DNA from: Spirochaetota bacterium
GTDB taxonomy: Bacteria; Spirochaetota; UBA4802; UBA5550
Assembly (NCBI GenBank): GCA_963663865.1
Contig: OY760686.1
Location: forward strand, 64,001 to 128,000
DNA: 64,000 nt
Reading direction: 5' to 3'
Shown here: positions 20,601 to 28,596 of the stretch, one piece after another
Position numbering within the stretch: position 1 is the stretch's first letter
Layout of the letters: every line of letters starts with the position of its first letter
The notes under the pieces: generated by a model
Database searches by the model: none
Seen by the model: only the letters and a program-made list of their open reading frames with translations
What the model was told of the DNA's origin: nothing
Translations under genes and position numbers: made by a program

Positions 20601-20671
20601 GAGGTTCAAGAGCGGGCTATCACTACAGCTTCGGCTTCAACAGGTTCGCTGCCCTGGCAGCTATAAAGTAG
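17651..20671 (+). CDS. Large lipoprotein: putative glycoside hydrolase-like domain, Ig-like domain and unknown C-terminal domain
   Basis: Lipobox LTSC; LRMMDF, PYEWLIELCN..DLWIQVPH, EYSNEIWN, SYEGGQH; Ig-type GELPAGI..ITGTP. Confidence 0.75.
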   Translation: MNIRSLTLLLLAAMAISLTSCSCSSGSGIDDKPDLSTTGGIDNPNWAETALTATSLPPAQINPATASQCWMFANTIRANEAWILSSEELSSSKAADLANDIEMREDGWPAKLPEGCYMRLSNAGYPTSADSSTWLHGVWVLTWEGTGSVELQTSVNNGEGETTLLSEEGRVIKLITTPLKYPIIFVHSSDPGDPVHNVCLWAPEYDGAGLHLTASSSLEPGQVEGSLEPAPGETAPLFHPAYLAHLKEPGSGIPLRMMDFLRINLAEDEWPDRKLNWDDRGDASYSFSSLSVTDSSWTRHNISGYRQTLGMPYEWLIELCNQTDNDLWIQVPHTCSEDLIRGLARLIAGKESHEGLKSTLRVWFEYSNEIWNGAGVYLPQYNFAGSVASEEFGVSESELTTAQRGWAAGYLQGWALAVFENEWAKCGQTDERLINVVAGFAMSDAYNLAQIQAVKEINPCLPETLAISNYFGHSATSEIYALHDWAASDGISWPESLISQSKAALQRNLYDTYASWQANARMASSEGVHLVSYEGGQHLTPVGLGHSDDTDFQKFMGFLSMLQTHSVMYELYTEHYALWTAAGGRTVSLFVDIGPHSYWGYWGAKKLVTDTAADSVKWKSFIDWLDTMRGVRALNDAKGTSPSLPDVTFRAEAGIPFSAQITPESGDGTVTVELIGGELPAGISFISGQGSASITGTPASSSFSRFAVRALDADGDPDYMVFSLTVDPAGMSANAIVRFNGEDIPSTVHADGSTNGRYDPSRDSEYIGEYGETLCVPFTVEEGTWLFGDEYTDSSTAGGGFISPESGCNMYGGWSVTQTSGPSIESCQTSYTSLRQNRFISWSGANFDGIGAPTELNVFLAWKKEQFNSFTGSEVYAFGDSPETSTLRIDFTDLISDGSNEIRFAVLNRENGSDVWYVSEASYDESYIGDGYIEVSGFNGSSEEGKRWAPISPEPYSFGIPDSDELAFGPKSFDDIQAVGIMYRGSRAGYHYSFGFNRFAALAAIK

Positions 20672-20813
20672 ACAACACGGGCAGCTTTCTCCCCGCCGGG
20701 GATAAGCTGCTCTTCATTACAGGTACGTTTTCCTGTGGATAATTATCCTCAGGTTATTACCCTATGTTTTCAAGCTGTGTTCGAAGTGAAAATCATCTTA
20801 AAAAGGATATGCT

Positions 20814-21424
20814 ATGGATTTAAAAAACAGAATTCCCGCAGCGCTGCTGATTACAGAGCTCTTTATGCTCACCGCCTCCCTTATCCTCGCCCGCGAAAAG
20901 CTGACCTGGATACTTGAGGTATTCCCCATAATCGCGGGCCTGCCGATACTCATTTTCACCTACAGACGGTTCAGGCTCACGTCGTTTCTATATGTACTAT
21001 TGCTGTTGCATTCTCTTATCCTCATAACGGGGGGATATATACTTACGCGGAGGTTCCACTCGGCTTCTGGATGCAGGACTGCTTCGGCTTCGTCCGCAAT
21101 CACTACGACCGAATAGGGCACTTCGCTCAGGGCTTCTTCCCCGCGATTCTGATTAGAGAGTTTCTGCTCAGGAAGTCGCCTCTCAAACGCGGCCGGCTTC
21201 TCGCTTTCATTACTTTATCAATATGCCTTGCCATAAGCGCAGCCTATGAGCTCCTGGAGTTCGGATACACACTTTCAATCGGAGAATCCGCGGAAAGCTT
21301 TCTTGGCACCCAGGGTGATGTCTGGGACGCACAGTGGGACATGCTCTTCGCGTCCGTCGGGGCTGTGTGTTCTCTTGCGTTATTATCAGGGATACATGAC
21401 AGGTTTTTGCGGAATACTGACTGA
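20814..21424 (+). pseudogene. DUF2238 (YjdF-like) membrane protein split by a 1-nt frameshift
   Basis: TWILEVFP and RNHYDRIGHFAQG, FLGTQGDVWDAQWDM; adding one G to the G6 run at 21029-21034 restores GGIYTYAEVPLGFW. Confidence 0.85.
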
Positions 21425-21450
21425 GGCGCTCTGGATGCTGATGCAAAATA

Positions 21451-21476
21451 AAACCCCGGGAGTTACATCCCCGGGG
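21451..21476. terminator. Terminator hairpin between convergent genes
   Basis: CCCCGGG...CCCGGGG preceded by an A-rich run. Confidence 0.55.
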
Positions 21477-21508
21477 CATGCTGCTATTAGCCTGAAATTT
21501 TCAAGCTG

Positions 21509-22534
21509 TTATCTCTTTTGCAAGAATTGCCATTTTAAGCCTTCGACCTCAGGCGACATGGAATTCATAAGCTTTGTTTCTGTTGAGGATGTATTCTCAT
21601 CAATGAACCATGACCATCCCGCAGGAAACAGAATATTATCGGCGGTGAATGTTCTTGCTTCTGTTTCAATGGCAACCTTATAAAACTCCTCAGCTTCTTC
21701 TACTGTACCGTCAACTCTAAAGTCGCTGGTGGAGTACATCAGCACTGCATTCCTGGCAGGATATGTGAGTTCGCCCTCATCGTTGTAAACAGCGTCAGTG
21801 TATTGTACACTTGTTGCAGTATTGTTTGCAGAATCATATATCCTGAAGGATACCCTATTTTTAGTCTCAAATGTTATCGAGGTATAAACATCGCCCGTCT
21901 GAGTGAGAGAGAAAGTGGACCACTCATCGGCAGTATTCTGGACAAGGTTACCCTGCTCGACAGACTCAAGCAGTGTGAGCGTAAATGACCCGTCCGATGA
22001 AATCTCGACTTTATCAGTAATCGTGACAGTCGGGGCAATCACTTTAGACAAATCCGAATAATTGTAATATAAAGCGACGATGTAAAAGGTTTCATCGATT
22101 GCGGCAGACTTTGTTTCATAGGACGTGTACGACGCGAGAAAATCGCTCCAGCCTTCTATTGTGCCGCTGATAGTGTTAAAAGCCGGCCTCTCGGCATTCG
22201 ATACAGTAACAGTATAAACCGCTGTAGTTCCATCCTCTGCGGTTACGGTAAACGATACCGGAGAGCTGAAATCAGTTACAGACGCCGGATCAGGATTAAT
22301 TGAAACCCCATTGTGCGACACTGACGGGGTTACAGATGACAGCTCTGTACCGTAAGGAAACACCACAGAAATTGATGTTCCATCGATTGTAATTTCCGCC
22401 CCATCAATCGAAAAAGACGTAATTTCTTTTGAACTTTCCGTTTGCGGAACAGTCGAACCTTCATCAGAGTCATCACATGAAATGAAAGACAAAACAAGGA
22501 AAAGCCCTGCGAACGCTGCGTAAAATTTTTTCAT
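21509..22534 (-). CDS. Lipoprotein with an Ig-like (DUF5018-type) domain
   Basis: Lipobox FISC; KEITSFSI..DFSSPVSFTVTAEDGTTAVYTVTV. Confidence 0.8.
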   Translation of the reverse strand: MKKFYAAFAGLFLVLSFISCDDSDEGSTVPQTESSKEITSFSIDGAEITIDGTSISVVFPYGTELSSVTPSVSHNGVSINPDPASVTDFSSPVSFTVTAEDGTTAVYTVTVSNAERPAFNTISGTIEGWSDFLASYTSYETKSAAIDETFYIVALYYNYSDLSKVIAPTVTITDKVEISSDGSFTLTLLESVEQGNLVQNTADEWSTFSLTQTGDVYTSITFETKNRVSFRIYDSANNTATSVQYTDAVYNDEGELTYPARNAVLMYSTSDFRVDGTVEEAEEFYKVAIETEARTFTADNILFPAGWSWFIDENTSSTETKLMNSMSPEVEGLKWQFLQKR

Positions 22535-22781
22535 ACGTTTAATACACCTCTTGGTTGATATAATTGTCTATAATATATTATGTAGAAATCCGACTATTGG
22601 ATGTCAAACATAAATATCTTTAATAGTGCTATTTATTACATTTTTGACATTTTATTAACATGTTTTTAACATTATTGTTAAATTTCGCATGTTTTTTCCA
22701 AACGTCGCCACTGATTGTCTACGTTATAAGGAATCAGACAGAGTACGTGCTCAAGGCAGGAGTTTAGAGGTATGATTTACA

Positions 22782-23040
22782 AACCACGAAATGCACTAAA
22801 TTCACGAAGCAATTCCCGTTTTCATTTTCGTGTCCTTCCGTGTCTTCCGTAGTTCAAATCTTCACCAATTTATTGCATGCTTCTGTTGTAATTTCTCTAA
22901 CCAGGAAAGACTCAAAATTCACAAAATGATTTCCCTCTCCCCTTTTCGTGTCCTTTCGTGTTTTTCGTGGCTCATATTTTTAGATTCTCTATTTTTTCCC
23001 AGGTTTTCCGTGACTTTCCGTTGTTCAACTCTTCTCAGAT
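22782..23040. repeat. Cluster of degenerate palindromic (REP-like) repeats, ~117-bp period
   Basis: Units AACCACGAA..CACGAA..TTCGTGTCCTTTCGTG..TTCGTGG start at 22782 and 22899; partial third copy near 23005-23040. Confidence 0.75.
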
Positions 23041-23041
23041 T

Positions 23042-24223
23042 TCAAGTCAACTCCCGGGAGCTAATTTTTTTTATAAACTCTGTTGGGGTCATTCCAGTAT
23101 GCTTTTTAAAAGCCCTGTTAAATGAAGCTTTGGAATTAAAGCCGACTTTATAGGCAGCGTTGAGCAAATTTATTCCTGAATCTTCCCTAAATATCTCAAT
23201 TATTGACCTGACTCGATGCTCATTAACATATTCAATAAATTTCTTTTTGATTATTGAGTTAAGCAAAAATGACAGTACATTTTTATTTACTGAAAGATAC
23301 TCCGACATCATCTCCATAGTAAGCTCAGAATCAGTGTAGATTTTATCAACGCTCATCAGCTTTTCAAGACGGGCGATAATCAAATCAGCCTTTTCCTTAG
23401 AAATTTTAATGTGACTGTATTTATCAATTTTACCGGTTTCTCCTGATATTAATCTGTCTGCACTGTAATATATTTCCGGTTGAAACATCACCTTGTATCC
23501 CAAAAATACTATTACAAAGGAATAAATGTTTCCGCTAAAAAAATTGTCTGGATCTATTTTTAAATGCATATTGATATTGAACAGCTTAATAATTACAATA
23601 TTTAACATCAATGCCAGAAAAGCAGCAAACATGATATTTGCCGAATATTTAATCCACTTTAAATTCATCATCTGTTTTTTTGTAATTGCACAACTCCTCT
23701 TTCGCCGTAAAAGAATCATGATTTTTATGTAATACACTATTCCAACAGTATGAATTAAATTTAGTATTATAATCAATATGTATTTATGATCAAATTCCAG
23801 AGTCATGAAGTGAATTTTTTTGCCGTCTGCAACCAGCTGATATGACGCAATATAGGCTTCATATGCAGGATAAAGAAGCACAAAAAAAGCAGCTATCCCG
23901 GGAATCAGATGCTTCAATGAATAATTTCGCAATCCGGTCTTTTCGGAATATATGTTTACCGCATAGATATAGAGCGCAGGAAAGATCATTAAACTAAACG
24001 AAAGATCCGGGCAGACAGCCAGAATCAGCAATGGATTACTGGTTATAAATCCAATTCTGACAAGGCCATTGCACAGTACAACGACTGATATTATCAGCAT
24101 AAACAATGACAGGTAAAGATTCGCATTAACATTTTTTCTTTTTTTAAAGAAAAGAAACGCGAACAGAAATCCCTGAATCATTCCGAGAAAGCTGATTGAT
24201 ACTCCCAAATATCTACCAGGCAT
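23042..24223 (-). CDS. Membrane-anchored AraC family regulator (multi-TM N-terminus, C-terminal HTH)
   Basis: Several TM helices; IYTDSELT, FIEYVNEHRV, VGFNSKASFNRAFKKHTGMTPTEF. Confidence 0.92.
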   Translation of the reverse strand: MPGRYLGVSISFLGMIQGFLFAFLFFKKRKNVNANLYLSLFMLIISVVVLCNGLVRIGFITSNPLLILAVCPDLSFSLMIFPALYIYAVNIYSEKTGLRNYSLKHLIPGIAAFFVLLYPAYEAYIASYQLVADGKKIHFMTLEFDHKYILIIILNLIHTVGIVYYIKIMILLRRKRSCAITKKQMMNLKWIKYSANIMFAAFLALMLNIVIIKLFNINMHLKIDPDNFFSGNIYSFVIVFLGYKVMFQPEIYYSADRLISGETGKIDKYSHIKISKEKADLIIARLEKLMSVDKIYTDSELTMEMMSEYLSVNKNVLSFLLNSIIKKKFIEYVNEHRVRSIIEIFREDSGINLLNAAYKVGFNSKASFNRAFKKHTGMTPTEFIKKISSRELT

Positions 24224-24286
24224 ATGACATCCTCTTTCTTTGGCGGGATTGTACAAAGGAAAAAAAACGATCTGGTTAATAATATC

Positions 24287-24320
24287 AAAAAAACTCCCCG
24301 CACATTGCCGGGAGTTTTTT
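24287..24320. terminator. Intrinsic terminator downstream of the GH3 gene
   Basis: A7-CTCCCCGCA...TGCCGGGAG-T6. Confidence 0.75.
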
Positions 24321-24356
24321 ATAAACTCAATAACTAAGAAAATTTACTTTTAAAAT

Positions 24357-26492
24357 CTAATCTTGATATGTTGACCCTGTACCGGCTTCATAAGAAGGTT
24401 TAAGCGTATCGTCTGCAACTTCTTCAAATGAAGCTTCTATAAACTCATTTGAAGAAGGAATTTCAAACGGCATAATTCCCGTTGGCTTTAAACCATCCTT
24501 GCTAAACAGAATATCCAGCAGGGCATTATCAGTACATCCAAACGAATAGAACAGAGCGTCAATCTCAGCAATATACTCGCTTACAACAGACGGAGAACTA
24601 TTGACAACAACCACTATTTTAGTAGAAGAACCGGCATTGTCAATTGCAATTCTTGCATTCTGAATTTTTTCAAGTGTACTTGAAATATTTGAAGCAACCT
24701 GAACCCCGTTATAGACATTACCCATTGGATCGGTATAGTCGGCAGGAATTACGCCAAACTCTACATCAGGATTGGTGTCAATGTACTGAAGAGACCTGCT
24801 CTGTGCGCCTCCAAATCCGCCTTCCCCTGGATATGAGGAGAAACTTGGAGCTGACAATCTGAAAACCGCGAAATCGGCCAGCTCTGGAGACGCGACAGAT
24901 GTTGCTCCATACTCAGCTAACAATGGAGCTCCCTCTGGATCAGTGGATTTTATACTCCCATCATAGTACACAGATGAAGAAGCCGGAATTGGAAGAACTG
25001 GATAATTAATCGTTGTCCAACCGCTTTGAACTGAGGTTCCGTTTTTAAGGCAAACTATGGATTTGTGCATTGCATCAAAACCAGCTTCCTCATTTTCCGC
25101 ACTGTTGCAAATGCTTACGGCCTTGCTCGCATCAATATAGGGATTTTCAAATATACCCAGAGCAAAATACTGCTTCAGAATATTATTACACGCCCTATCC
25201 AACGCGTCTTCTGCAAGATATCCATCAGTAACAGCCGCAAGGATATCATCAATAGTACCATGGTTGCCAAGCTGATCCAGACCGGCTCCAACAGCCTTGC
25301 CGATTCTCTGTTTAAGAGAGAATCCTTCAACACCCCAGTCCATGCCGCTTGCGGTAGCGTTAAAAAGTCCCCAGTCGGCGGTATAAAAGCCTTCAAATCC
25401 AAGTTCATCCCGGCCCAGCTCGGTCATAATATCTTTATTATAGCCGGCGCCAACCATCTCAAAATCCATGTTCACGTAAATACCATAACATGGCATACAG
25501 GCTGCGGCATGAGCTTCAGAAAAAGCCCTTCTGAAAGGAAGAAGATGATCCTCAAACGTTTTATCAGAAACTACAATATTCCGTCCCATTCTTCCATGAG
25601 CGTCATATCCTTTCCATTCAGCCCCATGACCGGGAAAGTGTTTAACAGCGCAAATAACGCCCTGAGGAGTAAGCTTATCACCGCCCTGGAAGCCCTTAAT
25701 GTATTGAACAACATTTTCGGCAGCCACATCTTTGTTTGATCCGAACGTTCCCGTTACCCTGCTCCAGCGGAGTTCTGTTGCAATATCAGCCATTGGTGAA
25801 AGAGTCATTCTGATACCGTTAGCCTTTAGCTCCTCTCTTGCAATCTCGGCAAAATCCCTTGTTATTTTTGGATCGTTTATGGCTCCAAAACCAATCTGAT
25901 TCGGCCATAATGACAGGTTGCCGGTTGTATTTGAATTGCTTCCATGAAGAGGATCGGCGCTAACAACATAAGGAATTCCAAGGCCAGTTGACCCGTCATC
26001 CCTAAGAGCCCCTTCGCATATCTGCTGCAGGCTGTTCGTAAAAGTTGCTGTCTGCTCTGGGCCGGAGCTCAATCTGATTAATCCATATCGCCTGTGAAGG
26101 GTTGTGATAGCGATGTAATCATTGTGTGTCTCCGGTATAAGTCCGTCAGCCGTAACAGAGCCTGAAAGTCCGGGAGCATTAATAAACCCGACTTTCTCGT
26201 TAAGGTTCATTTTTCCAACAAGGTCTTCGGCCCTTTCACTAATTGAGAGCCTCCAGTCCTCGTACGCATCCAGCGAGCCGTTACCATTTGAATCCTTAAA
26301 GTTATAACCTTCGACAGTAATAACTGATTTCCCGGTTCCTTCCCGCACCCCGATAACCGGCTGAACCAGATTGCCAGCCTCATCGCAATAAATGCTCTCG
26401 CAACCGGCTGCGGCCTCATCTTTTTTCCCCTCATCATCTCCACACGCGTAGAAAGCAGAAACGATAAAGAGTAATGTCAGAATTTTTTTCAT
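24357..26492 (-). CDS. Glycoside hydrolase family 3 (beta-glucosidase-like) lipoprotein
   Basis: Lipobox FYAC; FKDSNGNGSLDAYEDWRL, KHFPGHG, ELGFEGFYTADW (nucleophile Asp), SIVCLKN; AGGAGGAGG RBS. Confidence 0.93.
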   Translation of the reverse strand: MKKILTLLFIVSAFYACGDDEGKKDEAAAGCESIYCDEAGNLVQPVIGVREGTGKSVITVEGYNFKDSNGNGSLDAYEDWRLSISERAEDLVGKMNLNEKVGFINAPGLSGSVTADGLIPETHNDYIAITTLHRRYGLIRLSSGPEQTATFTNSLQQICEGALRDDGSTGLGIPYVVSADPLHGSNSNTTGNLSLWPNQIGFGAINDPKITRDFAEIAREELKANGIRMTLSPMADIATELRWSRVTGTFGSNKDVAAENVVQYIKGFQGGDKLTPQGVICAVKHFPGHGAEWKGYDAHGRMGRNIVVSDKTFEDHLLPFRRAFSEAHAAACMPCYGIYVNMDFEMVGAGYNKDIMTELGRDELGFEGFYTADWGLFNATASGMDWGVEGFSLKQRIGKAVGAGLDQLGNHGTIDDILAAVTDGYLAEDALDRACNNILKQYFALGIFENPYIDASKAVSICNSAENEEAGFDAMHKSIVCLKNGTSVQSGWTTINYPVLPIPASSSVYYDGSIKSTDPEGAPLLAEYGATSVASPELADFAVFRLSAPSFSSYPGEGGFGGAQSRSLQYIDTNPDVEFGVIPADYTDPMGNVYNGVQVASNISSTLEKIQNARIAIDNAGSSTKIVVVVNSSPSVVSEYIAEIDALFYSFGCTDNALLDILFSKDGLKPTGIMPFEIPSSNEFIEASFEEVADDTLKPSYEAGTGSTYQD

Positions 26493-26596
26493 AAAAAAAT
26501 TCCTCCTCCTAAAATAGTTTTTATAAATACGCTTCACTGAATCCACGATTGTTATCCTGGAAATATATCAGATATTAGCGGATTTATTCCTTAACT

Positions 26597-27778
26597 CTAA
26601 CTGCCTGAAGAAATATGATTATCTTTACCTTCTGGAATGAAGAAGTAATAATCATTATCATTAGATTTGCGCTGATATGTTCTCACAAGATCACTGGAAA
26701 CTTCGCCGTAACCAGCATTGCTGATCACGATTTTATATATCAGCCACAGTATTGAGTATTCAACCTGCCACATAGCTCTTCTCGAACCGTATCGAATTCG
26801 ATGTTTCCTGAAGATTTGTACCAGTTCAGCATTCTCGAAATGCAGCACTGACATCGCCGCACTTGACAGAGCTCTCTTCAACCACCTGTTTCCGCTTTTG
26901 CCAATAACACCGTCATCAATTTCATCATCAGTTGCGGAGAAGGGCCAGACACCAGTCCATGCGGCCAGCATTCCGATCGAAGTGAATCTTGTAAGGTTAA
27001 AACCTATCTCAGCGAGTATGTTCTCCGCGGATCTCCTGAATAACCCGGGAATTCGCATTACAGGAAAAACTATTTCCCTGTAATAATTCAGATTATCATT
27101 TTTATTCTTTTCTATCTGATCCATAACATGGCGCATTCGTTTTTGTGATTCTTTTATCTCAGATAGTATGGTCTCGAGGATGAACCTCTGATGATTTGAA
27201 AAACTCCAGCCCAATAAATTATTGCTTAATAATCTCTTTGTATAAAATGTATTCCCGGTCATCTCTGCCCATATCTGATCAATGTTACTGTAAGCTGAAG
27301 GTTTAACACCGCATTCAGCTAAAAAAGTTTGGAACCTGTTGGTCTGCACAGCCAGCAGATCACATATACTTTCACGCAAGCGGGTTAAATCTCTCAATTC
27401 CCTGGTAAACGCGTCAGGTACATATCGCTTTTTAAGCTGTCCATACTGATGCATCTCACTCAGACAATCAGAGATATTCACGGGTTCTCTCGTACCCAGC
27501 TTTTTCAAAAGATCGTCTTTATTTGTAAGAAGAAGATCATATTCTTTTTCGAGTCTGTCCCATATTGGCCTCCACGACAAACCATCAGATACAACAGCTA
27601 TCTGATCAATCTTATGCATCTTAAGCGATTTGCTTATTCCTTTTACAGCTTCAGGGATTAATGAGTAATGATATGTTTCTTTGAACAAAGATCCATCATC
27701 GGACATCTTTCTGATCGTTGCCATAACACCGGCCTTCTCAATGCTCAGACCGCACACTGATCTGTTAACAACTTCCAT
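26597..27778 (-). CDS. IS110-family transposase/recombinase homolog; intact ORF, catalytic residues apparently lost
   Basis: Scaffold motifs WRPIW..LE, RELRDLTRLR, NRFQ, HQRFIL, IPG..RRSAENILAEIG..RF.S..LAAWTG..P, GNRWLKRAL, RYGSRRA; DEDD and catalytic Ser positions substituted; alternative start 27811. Confidence 0.85.
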   Translation of the reverse strand: MEVVNRSVCGLSIEKAGVMATIRKMSDDGSLFKETYHYSLIPEAVKGISKSLKMHKIDQIAVVSDGLSWRPIWDRLEKEYDLLLTNKDDLLKKLGTREPVNISDCLSEMHQYGQLKKRYVPDAFTRELRDLTRLRESICDLLAVQTNRFQTFLAECGVKPSAYSNIDQIWAEMTGNTFYTKRLLSNNLLGWSFSNHQRFILETILSEIKESQKRMRHVMDQIEKNKNDNLNYYREIVFPVMRIPGLFRRSAENILAEIGFNLTRFTSIGMLAAWTGVWPFSATDDEIDDGVIGKSGNRWLKRALSSAAMSVLHFENAELVQIFRKHRIRYGSRRAMWQVEYSILWLIYKIVISNAGYGEVSSDLVRTYQRKSNDNDYYFFIPEGKDNHISSGS

Positions 27779-28231
27779 AACCTGTGTTCCTAATAACGTA
27801 TGGACTTTCATGATTTTCTGGCCGAGAATACTCTCAACTTTCGCACTTGTCGCCTCATCCTATGTTTTAATACCATGTTTATGGATGTTTTGTTGTGTTG
27901 GAATATTTACTGCACAATTCGGCGGGTTGAGGATGGTGAAAAATGAGGGGATTACATCGACACCTGTGACAAAGGAAGATTATCGTGTCAGAAACATCGT
28001 CTGTACCGCTGATTAAACTGATTTAATAATTTCAGATATTTTATTCTTCGCTAATTGCCGTTGGGAATGAAAATCGGCACAACAAATTATTTTACTACTG
28101 ATCCCGTTATTTCAATATCCAGGCTTTGCTACAACGAATTGTTTCAAACATCGTATCGAGGGTAATATGAAGTTTTGTAGATTGACCAATGCTACGATAA
28201 AGATTTTCTCCAGCTGTTTCCGGGACTCGAC

Positions 28232-28359
28232 TCTTCACCAATTTATAGCAAGCTATTGCTGTAATTTCTCTAACCACGAAAAACACCAAACTCACGAAAT
28301 GATTCCCTTTTTTATTTTCGTGTCCTTTCGTGTTTTTTGTGGTTCAACTCTTCTCCGAT
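28232..28359. repeat. Further copy of the palindromic repeat, direct orientation relative to 22859-22974
   Basis: TCTTCACCAATTTA...TGTAATTTCTCTAACCACGAAA...TTTTCGTGTCCTTTCGTGTTTTT; ends TTCAACTCTTCTCCGAT, like 23024-23040. Confidence 0.8.
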
Positions 28360-28596
28360 AACTCATCAAAGCTAAAACAAACACCCTCATTTCATTTTAT
28401 CAACTACTTTTCAGAACAGCTTTAAACAACAGCGCCATAAGCGGCGGGTGCTTTACAAACAACATTCAACAAGAAATTTTATTTGACTCTATCCCCCCAT
28501 GCAGAAAATTATTTCATGCAAGTTGTCTCAGAATAAGAGCATATATTGATTTCATAGTATTGACTAATATAGTTACAATTGGGGAATTAAAGCCGA

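Noticed and set aside
22782-23040. Possible CRISPR array
   Set aside because: Units are ~117 bp, degenerate and only 2-3 per cluster; the intervening sequence is itself repeated at 28232; no cas genes in the window.
22830-23153. ORFs 22830-23153 and 28167-28361 share peptide similarity (LHQFIA..CCNFSN)
   Set aside because: They are translations of the non-coding palindromic repeat; no RBS and low-complexity sequence.
26597-27811. Calling this an active IS110 element
   Set aside because: Catalytic residues appear absent and no element ends or second copy could be defined in the window.
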